Origin: Terriglobia bacterium
GTDB taxonomy: Bacteria > Acidobacteriota > UBA6911
DNA: 64,000 nucleotides
Direction of reading: 5' to 3'
Assembly: GCA_020072565.1 (NCBI GenBank)
Contig: JAIQGI010000040.1
Coordinates: 8 to 64,007 of the forward strand
Each line of letters opens with the position of its first letter. Within the stretch, counting starts at the first letter, position 1. Below, piece after piece: positions 57,301-64,000 of this stretch. The notes under the pieces are model-generated. The model was not told the DNA's origin and ran no database searches. It saw only the letters and a list, made by a program, of their open reading frames with translations. Position numbers and translations under genes: made by a program.

Positions 57301-58687
57301 TATCGAAACCGATGGCCACTCCGGCGACGCCGGCACCAAAACCAGGATCGAGGCCTTTCTGTATTGTGTCGCCGAGGATCTCAAGCGGTTGGACGGGCAC
57401 AAGCCGGCCAACGATTTTTCGCGGCTCCAACTCGAGCCAATGGGCCTGATGGAGGTTCGTCCGGATGAATGCCTGCTGGTGGCAGGGCTCGGCCGAGGCT
57501 CCGAGGTCGCTGCGGCCGCATTTCGCGGGCTTGGTCTGCATGCCGAAGTCTTGCCTGCACCGGATGCCGCCATGCTGAAACTCGGCCGGCGTTACACCTC
57601 CGGCAAGGAGTGCGTGCCGATTTGCCTGATTTTGGGCAGCCTGCTCGGCCGCCTCGAATCGGAGAAGAACACCCGGAACCGGTTCGTAGTCTTGATGCCG
57701 GGCGCCCGCGGGCCCTGCCGGTTCGGAGTGTACAACCTGCTGAACCAGCTCACGCTGGAGCGGCTCGGCTGGAGGGATCGCATCCGCATCTATTCTCCGG
57801 AGGATTCGGACTATTTCGAGAAAGCTCCGCCGGGCTTCCCCGGCTTGTTCTTGAGTGCCATCGTCGCGTCAGATCTGCTTTTGGCGGCTCTGCTCGCGAC
57901 ACGCCCGACCGAGACCCGATCCGGGGCCGCCGCCGCCGTCTACGAACAGCACATGCGCGAGTTGCAGGCGCTGGTAGAGAGAGAAACCGGAAAGCGGCCC
58001 TCCATGGCGGACGTGATCTGGCAGGTTGCCTCCGGACGGCTTTTCGGGCTGGCGGATCTGATGAGAAGTGCGACAGCGGAATTTGCCAGGGTTCGAGGCA
58101 AGGAGGACATGCCCACGGTCGCAGTTGTCGGTGAGATTTACGTTCGCCTCAACCCTTTCGCCAATGATTTCATTATTGACAAGCTGGAAAAGCACGGGAT
58201 GCGCGCGCGGCTGGCGCCGTTTTTCGAATGGCTCGAATATGCCGATTATCTGGGGCAAATAACGGATCGCCGGCCGGGACTGTCAGAGCGCTTCCGAAGT
58301 GCCATGCAGCAGCGCATCATTGCGGTGGCTTCCAGGATCTATGCAGATCAGATGGGCTGCCACTTTCACGCTCCTGTGCCTGCATCTGTCGCCACCGCCG
58401 CCGCCTATCTGCGCAAGGACCTTCTGGGAGAGGCGGTGATCACACTGGGTTACGCCCTGTCTGAATGGCGCAATAACCGGATCGATGGTGTTGTGAACCT
58501 CGGGCCACTGGAGTGCATGCCGACCAAGATCGCAGAAGCTCAGTTTTTTCACATCGCCGAGCAGGAGAAGGCGCTCGTACTTACACTCCCGGTCAATGGA
58601 GACCCCCTTGACCCGCAGTTGCTTGAGAACTTCGCTTTCGAAGTCCACTCCCGCTACCAGCACCGCCGCACCGCCGGCGTGAGCTGA
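54311..58687 (+). CDS. Giant fused CoA-substrate-specific enzyme activase-like protein (two BcrAD/BadFG ATPase modules + HgdB/DUF2229-like regions, 1458 aa)
   Basis: Two acetate/sugar-kinase-fold modules (FVGIDIGAETLKAVEL... and ILGFDIGSTGSKLVAL...FEIGGQDAKYI...NEACSAGTGSFIE). The long C-terminal part resembles dehydratase D-component/activase-associated domains. An alternative start is the ATG at 54341. Confidence 0.8.
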   Translation: MDYLSGRVAVMDDSPEKIEGKCCAALENSNADAVQTSPQRFVGIDIGAETLKAVELVRHDGSLRLMRRTLIEHAKNPGPALLRILDEWDWNKVQGAAVSGRLSRHVNLPRVPTKRAMTYGYRFLVDDQPGTIVSLGNHGFAVLELRASGLEVLRENSRCAQGTGNFLRQLVERFALSIEEASELCADVNDPAPLSGRCPVILKTDMTHLANKGEQRARILAGLFDAVCQNVFTLIKPGTTPPDVTLIGGVSRSRRVQRVFAEFLEGNGMRLRSLPPDEALFLEAIGAAVAASTTGRGVSALSQLIAEPAEETLEKLPTLADSLRLVRRRKSVPMVQRNGNPLDLILGFDIGSTGSKLVALDVSSSQTAWEGYRKTSGDPVGAAQALLGHFLDQHGDEDRIVGFGVTGSGREIVGSLLISCYGEGCVFILNEIAAHAEGAMHYDPRVDTIFEIGGQDAKYIRLEEGRIVDSAMNEACSAGTGSFIEEQGQRFSGYRDVAQLGREAVAADHGVSLGQHCSVFMAEIIDEAVAAGVHQNSIIAGLYDSIIQNYLHRVKGNRSTGKVIFCQGMPFSADALAAAVARQTGSEVIVPPNPGTVGALGIALLTQRALRGRENTPSNPTRFLEAQIQGKETFVCKSTRGCGGAGNLCKIDSIRTVVAGTQQRFSWGGACSLYDKGTRKKKLPDLSPDPFREREDLVRDLIQPFIERRGFKTVSITNEFILRGLLPFFVAFLHELGFDPVLSTGADQAALKRGIQEANVSFCAPMQLYHGIAGQMSDEGGDFIFLPMLRGLPRNNGDRDANTCPIVQGSSDILQWNLKHKYAGKIVTPVINMGHGNLRSREFLTSCEHLARDLGADNDRWRAAHEVALAVQQRFDEGCLEIGQRALSFCAERRLPAIIVLGRPYTIYNKVLNSNVPVVLREQGVLAIPLDCYPVSGDVPAFDGMYWGYGQRILRAAHQVRRSREVYGVYCSNYSCGPDSFNLHFCAYIMEGKPFAIIETDGHSGDAGTKTRIEAFLYCVAEDLKRLDGHKPANDFSRLQLEPMGLMEVRPDECLLVAGLGRGSEVAAAAFRGLGLHAEVLPAPDAAMLKLGRRYTSGKECVPICLILGSLLGRLESEKNTRNRFVVLMPGARGPCRFGVYNLLNQLTLERLGWRDRIRIYSPEDSDYFEKAPPGFPGLFLSAIVASDLLLAALLATRPTETRSGAAAAVYEQHMRELQALVERETGKRPSMADVIWQVASGRLFGLADLMRSATAEFARVRGKEDMPTVAVVGEIYVRLNPFANDFIIDKLEKHGMRARLAPFFEWLEYADYLGQITDRRPGLSERFRSAMQQRIIAVASRIYADQMGCHFHAPVPASVATAAAYLRKDLLGEAVITLGYALSEWRNNRIDGVVNLGPLECMPTKIAEAQFFHIAEQEKALVLTLPVNGDPLDPQLLENFAFEVHSRYQHRRTAGVS

Positions 58688-58773
58688 GCCTCAACACACA
58701 ACCTATCTTCTCGCTGCGGAGGCGGCCGTTCTTACTCTCGCTTACGCCGGCGCTGCATGCGCATTGTTGGACA

Positions 58774-60951
58774 TCACGAGATTCCGGGATGGTATTCGCG
58801 CTCGGTGTGACCCTTCAGTTGCGCGCGGTAGAAGTACACCTCCCTCAGGGCGCCCGCGCTGTACCGCGTCGCCTGATCATTGAAGTGCGGGGACGCGGGA
58901 TTGCCGCTCTCGCCGCCGGTGGTCACGGCCCGGGCCCGCACGGTGTCGCCGAACTCGACGACGGCTACGAAGCTGTTGCCGCTGGTGCCGTACCACTTCT
59001 TCGTCCCCGGGTACGCGCGCGCGCTGAATGCGGCGAGTGAGCCCCACGTCGCCGACGTGAACATGACGGGGATGCTCGGCCCAGCGTCGTTGAACGATTG
59101 AACGATATCGCCTGTGAGCCGCTGGAATCGATTGATGTCGCCCCACGGCGTCTTCCAGGTCCCGAAGTCGGCCGCGAGTCTGTCGGACGCCGCCGCCAGT
59201 GACTGCAGGAGCATGTCCGCCGGCGCCTTGCCGCTGCCGATGTAGTCGGGGGCCGGCATCCCCGCCTGTCTCGCCGCCGCGCCCACGCGCCGCTGGACAT
59301 CATCGCCCCAGAACACCGCGAGCGAGGTGGGAACCGACGTCACGCCCCACCGGAGGTCCCACGCGCGCAGGAGCTTCATTTGTTCAGCCACCTTGTCTTT
59401 TAAGGGATTCGCGGCCGGCGTGTCGTCCCAGGCCTTGATCAGCGCGGGCATCGGCTTCTCAAACCACGTGAGGTAGCTGTCGTACGCCGCGCCGATGAGC
59501 GAGTCGAGCGTGAAGTCCTTCTTGTTCTGCAGGACCCGGATCGCGTGGAGCCCGCGGGCGGATTCACTGCCGCTGTCGACATACACGGGATAGTCCGCCT
59601 TCTTCGGGCTGCTCTCCCCCGCCGCGGACCACGGCCAGTTGTTGGTGTTGTAAAGCCATCCGCTCGCCGGGTTCAGCAGGTGCGGCGTCTCGTCGACCGA
59701 AAGCAGGCCTTTCCACTCCGTCGCCGGGTTGCTGCCATCGACCGGTCTGGTCCAGTCGAAGCGCGTGTCGCGCCTGGGAATGAAGTTGCCGTGGAAGTAG
59801 GCGATGTTGCCGTCGGCGTCGGCGTAGATCGTGTTGTTCGACGAGTTGGTGTGCAGTTCCATCGTCTGCCGGAACGACTTGTAGTCCTTCGCCTTGGTGC
59901 GCGTGTAGGACTGCGTCAGCGCCTTCACGGGTTCCTGCATCATGCGGATGCTCACCCACTTGCCGTTCGCTTCGCCGATGATGGGTCCGTGATGGGTGCG
60001 GTAAACGGTGAATTTCTTTTCGGCCATCCCGTTGCCGGTCTTGTACGGCACCGAGATCTCGGTCGCCACGACCGGGCGCTCTTCGTTGCCGTACTTGTAG
60101 TAGAAGCGATCGCCCTTCTTCTCCACCGTTTCGAGATACTGGTCGACATCGTCCACGGCGCTGGAAGTGTGCATCCAGCCGGCGCGGGCGTTGAATCCCT
60201 GGTAGATGAAAAACTGCCCCCACGTCACGGCGCCATAGGCGTTCAGCCCTTCGTCGCTCACCATCTGCAACTCGGACCGGAAGAAGAACGAGACGTGGGG
60301 ATTGATCAGCAGCAGAGCATGGTGCCCGGTGGTGTTGGAGGGGGCGACCGCGGCGCCGTTCGACCCGCCGGGTTCCGCCTCGACGTGCTCATCGTCGGCA
60401 GGCGGCTGGCTTGCCGGACCCTTGCCGTAAAACGCCTGAAGCTGGCTTAAATTCACCTTTGAGATGTCGCCGCCGATGCTCCCTTCCGTGAAGGAGAGCG
60501 CCATCCAGGGCTCGAATCTCGTGATGACGCGCGGCTTCACCTCGGGATGCTTGGCAAGGTAGTAGTTCAGGCCGTCGGCGAACGCGTTCATCAGCTTCTT
60601 CAACCACGCCGGGCTCGAGTCGTACTGCTTCTTCAACGAGTCGGGATTGATGAAGAGCTTCATGCGCAGGTCCTGGTAGATCCTGGTCTCTCCCTCGGCC
60701 TCCGCCAGCCGCCCCATCGCGTTGATGTAGTTGGTCTCGACACGATTGAAATCGTCTTCGGCCTGCGCGAACTCCATGCCAAAGACCGCGTCGGCGTCCG
60801 TTTTCCCGAAGACGTGCGCGATGCCCCAGTCGTCCCGCATAATGGTGACGTTTCGGGCCTGCTGCTCCCAGCGCGCAACCTCCGGGCCACGGGCCCCCTG
60901 AAAGGCAAATGAAGCGCATGCCGCGAGAAAAATGAAAATCAGCTTCCTCAT
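58774..60951 (-). CDS. Penicillin-acylase-family Ntn hydrolase (S45), secreted
   Basis: Signal peptide MRKLIFIFLAACASFAFQ. ...VTIMRDDWGIAHVFGKTDADAVFGMEFAQAEDDF.... Putative processing/nucleophile site GGSNGAAVAPS. 725 aa. GGAGG RBS. Confidence 0.85.
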   Translation of the reverse strand: MRKLIFIFLAACASFAFQGARGPEVARWEQQARNVTIMRDDWGIAHVFGKTDADAVFGMEFAQAEDDFNRVETNYINAMGRLAEAEGETRIYQDLRMKLFINPDSLKKQYDSSPAWLKKLMNAFADGLNYYLAKHPEVKPRVITRFEPWMALSFTEGSIGGDISKVNLSQLQAFYGKGPASQPPADDEHVEAEPGGSNGAAVAPSNTTGHHALLLINPHVSFFFRSELQMVSDEGLNAYGAVTWGQFFIYQGFNARAGWMHTSSAVDDVDQYLETVEKKGDRFYYKYGNEERPVVATEISVPYKTGNGMAEKKFTVYRTHHGPIIGEANGKWVSIRMMQEPVKALTQSYTRTKAKDYKSFRQTMELHTNSSNNTIYADADGNIAYFHGNFIPRRDTRFDWTRPVDGSNPATEWKGLLSVDETPHLLNPASGWLYNTNNWPWSAAGESSPKKADYPVYVDSGSESARGLHAIRVLQNKKDFTLDSLIGAAYDSYLTWFEKPMPALIKAWDDTPAANPLKDKVAEQMKLLRAWDLRWGVTSVPTSLAVFWGDDVQRRVGAAARQAGMPAPDYIGSGKAPADMLLQSLAAASDRLAADFGTWKTPWGDINRFQRLTGDIVQSFNDAGPSIPVMFTSATWGSLAAFSARAYPGTKKWYGTSGNSFVAVVEFGDTVRARAVTTGGESGNPASPHFNDQATRYSAGALREVYFYRAQLKGHTEREYHPGIS

Positions 60952-61129
60952 AAATCCTCCAACAACGACTCCCGCCGGTCAGTGCGCGGAGCCGGTTCAG
61001 CCTCGCGTCCTGGGCGGCAGGGACATGGTGTTCCGAACTTCAGCGCCACGACTTCGCCGCCGCGAGATGCCCACCGGGGCGCCGGCGATAGCGGCCCGGT
61101 GCCCCCCTGGATGAATGTGCCCGCCTCGG

Positions 61130-63538
61130 TCACTTGACCGCGCGAACTTTCAGCGCGTCCATCACCCACATGCCCCGGCCGTAGGTCGCGGCGACGATGA
61201 TGTTGTCGCGCGCCTGGATCTGCAGGTCCGCCACTTCTCCCGTCGGCAGGTTGTCGCCCAGAACATTCCACTTCCGCCCGCCGTTGGTCGAGACATAGAC
61301 GCCAAAGTCATTACCGGCATACAGGAGAGTGGGCACGGTCGGATCCTCGCGGATGACATTGACGGATCCCGAGGGGATGTTCCCGACGATGCTTTTCCAC
61401 GTCTTGCCGTAGTCCGTAGACTTCCACAGGTACGGAGTAAAGTCGTCGTCTTCGCGCCCGCGCTGGGCGAGGTACACGGTTGCGTCGTCGTACTTGGAAG
61501 CCACCAGGCGCGAGACCCACTTGCGCGTTTTAAGAGGCACGTTTTTCGTCAGCTCCGTCCACGTCTTGCCATCGTTCACCGTCATGTGGACGTGTCCGTC
61601 GTCCGTGCCGACGTAGAGGAGCCCGGCCTTCCGCGGCGATTCCGCGATCTGGGTGATGGTTTGATACGGAATTGCAAACGGATTTATGCCCATCTGCGCC
61701 GGGTTGTTGTCGGTGAGGTCACCGCTGATCCGTTCCCAGGTGTCGCCGCGATCATGGGAGCGATAGACGTACTGGTAGCCGGCGTAGATCGTGTTGTGAT
61801 CGAACTGTGACACGATGATCGGCGCCATCCATTGAGCGCGCAGCACCGGCTCGCCCGGCCCGATCTGCGGCCGGATGTTTTTCGATGCGCCGCTGCGGCC
61901 TCGGCCGCCCCCACGGGCCGGCGCCGCTGCCGCAGCAGCCGGCTGGGGAGTCAAATCTGTTCGCGTGAAGTCGCCGTAGTAGCCGTGCGAGTAAACAATG
62001 TTGGGATCCGTCGGATCGATGGCCTGGTTGCTCCCCTCCCCGCCGGGCGCGCCTTGCCAGTTGAGCGGTTTCAGGCTGTCGCGGCCCTTGCTCAGGTCGA
62101 GCGACACACGGCGGCTGCCGATATCCTGGACGGAACCGTATATGTAAAACGGCGTCTGGTTGTCGACTTCCACGTTGTAGAACTGAGTGGCGTTGATGCC
62201 GGATGCGCTCTTCGGCCGCGTGGCTCCGCCGTCCAGCGTCATGAGGAAACCGCTGTCGGCGGCGACGTACGTGATCTTCGGGTCGTCCGGATCGATCCAC
62301 ATGCGATGGTTGTCACCGCCGCCTCCTTGATACCTCGTGAACGTGGCGCCACCGTCGTGTGACACACTAACGCCCAATGCGAGGACGTAGACGGTGTTTT
62401 CGTCCTTCGTGTCGACGCGGATTTGCGTAAACACCCAGTTATAGGTAGCGCCGAGGTCCATCATGTCGAGCGCCGACTGCGGCGTCTGGCCGCTCACCTT
62501 CCGCCAGGACTGGCCCTTGTTGTCGCTGCGGAAGACCTCGAGCCCCTTGATGATGTTGCTGCCGGGCGGAAGCGGCCGCCTGTAAGCGTCCAATTCGTTG
62601 GGCTTGGCGGGCCGTCCCGTGTCGTAGCTGTCGATGATGGCGTAGACCACGTTCGGATTGGAGCGCGCGATGTCGACGCCGACGCGCCCGCGAAACTCGC
62701 CCGGTGTGAGTCCGTCGTTGATCGGCGTCCAGATCTTCCCCGCGTCCGTCGTCTTCCACAGGCCGCCTTCGTTGTAGCCCGGCTCGACGCGCGGATCGCT
62801 CCACTTCCTGCGCGCGCGCTGCCACATTGCGGCATAGAGCGTGTCGGGATCCGAGGGATCCATCGCCAGGTCCACAGCGTCCGTGTTCGGGCTGCGGTAG
62901 AAGATCCTGGTCCATGTCCTTCCGCCGTCCGTCGTCTTATACACTCCACGCATCTCGTTGGGCGTCCACTCGTGGCCCGACGCGGCGACGTAGACGATGT
63001 CCGGATTCGTCGGATGCACGAGGACGCGGCCGATCGTGCCGGAGTCGGTCAGGCCCATGTGGCGCCAGGTCTTGCCCGCATCGATTGACTTGTAGATGCC
63101 CGTGCCGGCGATGCCGGCGCGAAACAGGTTGTCCTCGCCCGTCCCTACCCAGACGATACTGTGATCCGATGGCGCAACCGCAACGTCCCCGATGCTCGCC
63201 GTAGCTTCGCGCTCGAAGATGGGCCGCCAAGTGTCGCCACGGTCTTCGGATTTCCAGACGCCGCCGCTCGCGGCGCCTACATATATTGTGCGCCGGCCGT
63301 TGTCGTCAGCGACAGCGATCGAAGTCAGGCGGCCGGTGTTGTTGGCCAGGCCGATCGACTGCCACGAAAGCGTCTTGTAGGGCGAGGCCGCGGTCATCGC
63401 CTGGTGCCTGCCGAAGGCCTTGAGTTGAAACGAGAAGTTGCCTGCCGCCGGCACCTGCGAGAGCATGGCCGGAACCGCCAATGCCGCAGCGCACGCAACC
63501 AGCGCGATCGCGCCCCTCCAGCATGAAGTTCGCCGCAT
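61130..63538 (-). CDS. BNR/Asp-box repeat (sortilin/VPS10-like) secreted protein (802 aa)
   Basis: The ATG at 63538 has GGAGG upstream. Signal peptide MRRTSCWRGAIALVACAAALAVPA. About 10 Asp-boxes are present (SEDRGDTW, SIDAGKTW, TTDGGRTW, TTDAGKIW, SDNKGQSW, SHDRGDTW, STDYGKTW, STNGGRKW...). The 116-aa upstream extension in the track ORF is rejected. Confidence 0.85.
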   Translation of the reverse strand: MRRTSCWRGAIALVACAAALAVPAMLSQVPAAGNFSFQLKAFGRHQAMTAASPYKTLSWQSIGLANNTGRLTSIAVADDNGRRTIYVGAASGGVWKSEDRGDTWRPIFEREATASIGDVAVAPSDHSIVWVGTGEDNLFRAGIAGTGIYKSIDAGKTWRHMGLTDSGTIGRVLVHPTNPDIVYVAASGHEWTPNEMRGVYKTTDGGRTWTRIFYRSPNTDAVDLAMDPSDPDTLYAAMWQRARRKWSDPRVEPGYNEGGLWKTTDAGKIWTPINDGLTPGEFRGRVGVDIARSNPNVVYAIIDSYDTGRPAKPNELDAYRRPLPPGSNIIKGLEVFRSDNKGQSWRKVSGQTPQSALDMMDLGATYNWVFTQIRVDTKDENTVYVLALGVSVSHDGGATFTRYQGGGGDNHRMWIDPDDPKITYVAADSGFLMTLDGGATRPKSASGINATQFYNVEVDNQTPFYIYGSVQDIGSRRVSLDLSKGRDSLKPLNWQGAPGGEGSNQAIDPTDPNIVYSHGYYGDFTRTDLTPQPAAAAAAPARGGGRGRSGASKNIRPQIGPGEPVLRAQWMAPIIVSQFDHNTIYAGYQYVYRSHDRGDTWERISGDLTDNNPAQMGINPFAIPYQTITQIAESPRKAGLLYVGTDDGHVHMTVNDGKTWTELTKNVPLKTRKWVSRLVASKYDDATVYLAQRGREDDDFTPYLWKSTDYGKTWKSIVGNIPSGSVNVIREDPTVPTLLYAGNDFGVYVSTNGGRKWNVLGDNLPTGEVADLQIQARDNIIVAATYGRGMWVMDALKVRAVK

Positions 63539-63785
63539 AAGTCCCTCCCCCGATAGGTGTGCTCTAGAACCTGGATCATTGCCTTGAATCGATCGGGGTG
63601 AGAATAGCATGGGTTGGCGCGCGTAGAACCGGAATTCTCCTCTCGTCTCGGGCAAAGAGACCGGTGTCAGGCCTGGAGAATTTACCCTTGTCCGACACCT
63701 TCGAAACAGCAGCATTCCTAAATTAGAAACTACAGCGAGCGGCCGTAGCTGGTCAGGGTGCTGAAAAGGATATGCAGAAAAGGGA

Positions 63786-63986
63786 GGCGCGAAGCGCCGG
63801 CGGTACATAGCCCCGCCCGTGAGGGCGGGGATTGCGTGAGTCACAGAATTGAGGTCCGAGGACCGGCACAATGTCTTGTGTCGCACCTTCGGCGCTCAAT
63901 ATTGAGCTATTCCTGTCCCGGCCTGACGGCCGGGCCTATTCACTGGCGGCCCTTATAGTTGGTCTGCACCCGATTTTGGGTGCAGA
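63786..63986. repeat. Cluster of GC-rich stem-loops (REP/MITE-like or a structured RNA)
   Basis: The stems are GGCGC-gaa-GCGCC (63786-63798), CCCCGCCC-gtga-GGGCGGGG (63811-63830), CACAA-tgtc-TTGTG (63867-63880), CCCGGCC-tgac-GGCCGGG (63917-63934) and TCTGCACCC-gatttt-GGGTGCAGA (63963-63986). No credible ORF. Confidence 0.45.
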
Positions 63987-64000
63987 GCATTCCCCAGCAT

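Noticed and set aside
63850-63940. Resemblance of GAGGTCCGAGGACC to the GGUCCGAGAG core of ykkC/guanidine-I riboswitches and to the SRP RNA AGGUCCGGAAGG motif.
   Set aside because: The other conserved blocks are absent (AGGGUUCCG and ACACGGCGGGA...GCCCGGGAGA for ykkC, and the GGAAGCAGCC helix-8 context for SRP). The match is a short GC-rich coincidence.

Overview
High-GC chromosomal segment that looks acidobacterial. The main evidence is six ADOP-type (acidobacterial duplicated orphan permease) MacB/FtsX-like permease genes, most sitting directly behind a small PadR regulator. About 43 protein-coding genes can be supported, most on the minus strand.

Layout:
- 1-23.3 kb: the PadR-ADOP array. 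It is interrupted at 10.9-17.3 kb by a decayed mobile/defence islet. The islet holds a tyrosine-recombinase relic, an intact SWIM-SNF2 helicase, a broken GHKL ATPase, an AbiEi/AbiEii-like pair with a repeat-rich AT-rich promoter, and a transposase relic.
- 23.3-26.3 kb: TolB-like lipoprotein, NAD(P)/F420-type reductase, and one hypothetical.
- 26.3-32.5 kb: a three-gene Ser/Thr-kinase cluster.
- 33.0-34.2 kb: a strongly AT-rich orphan methyltransferase.
- 34.5-46.5 kb: a complete kdp locus (kdpD-like kinase, kdpE, an extra small ORF, kdpFABC, a porin). The KdpD sensor is fragmented into four separate genes.
- 46.9-63.5 kb: M24 peptidase, Crp/Fnr regulator, an ECF sigma/anti-sigma/secreted-protein operon, amidohydrolase, a 1458-aa fused CoA-enzyme activase-like protein, a penicillin-acylase-family protein and a BNR/sortilin-like protein.

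By eye I found no rRNA, tRNA or CRISPR array. I cannot point to one clearly novel multi-gene system. The best candidates for follow-up are the defence islet (especially the AbiE-like pair with an extra N-terminal domain and the SNF2/GHKL pair), the ATPase-less PadR-ADOP array, the split Kdp sensor with its extra micro-ORF, and the kinase operon. All family assignments come from motif recognition in the translated ORFs, not from searches.
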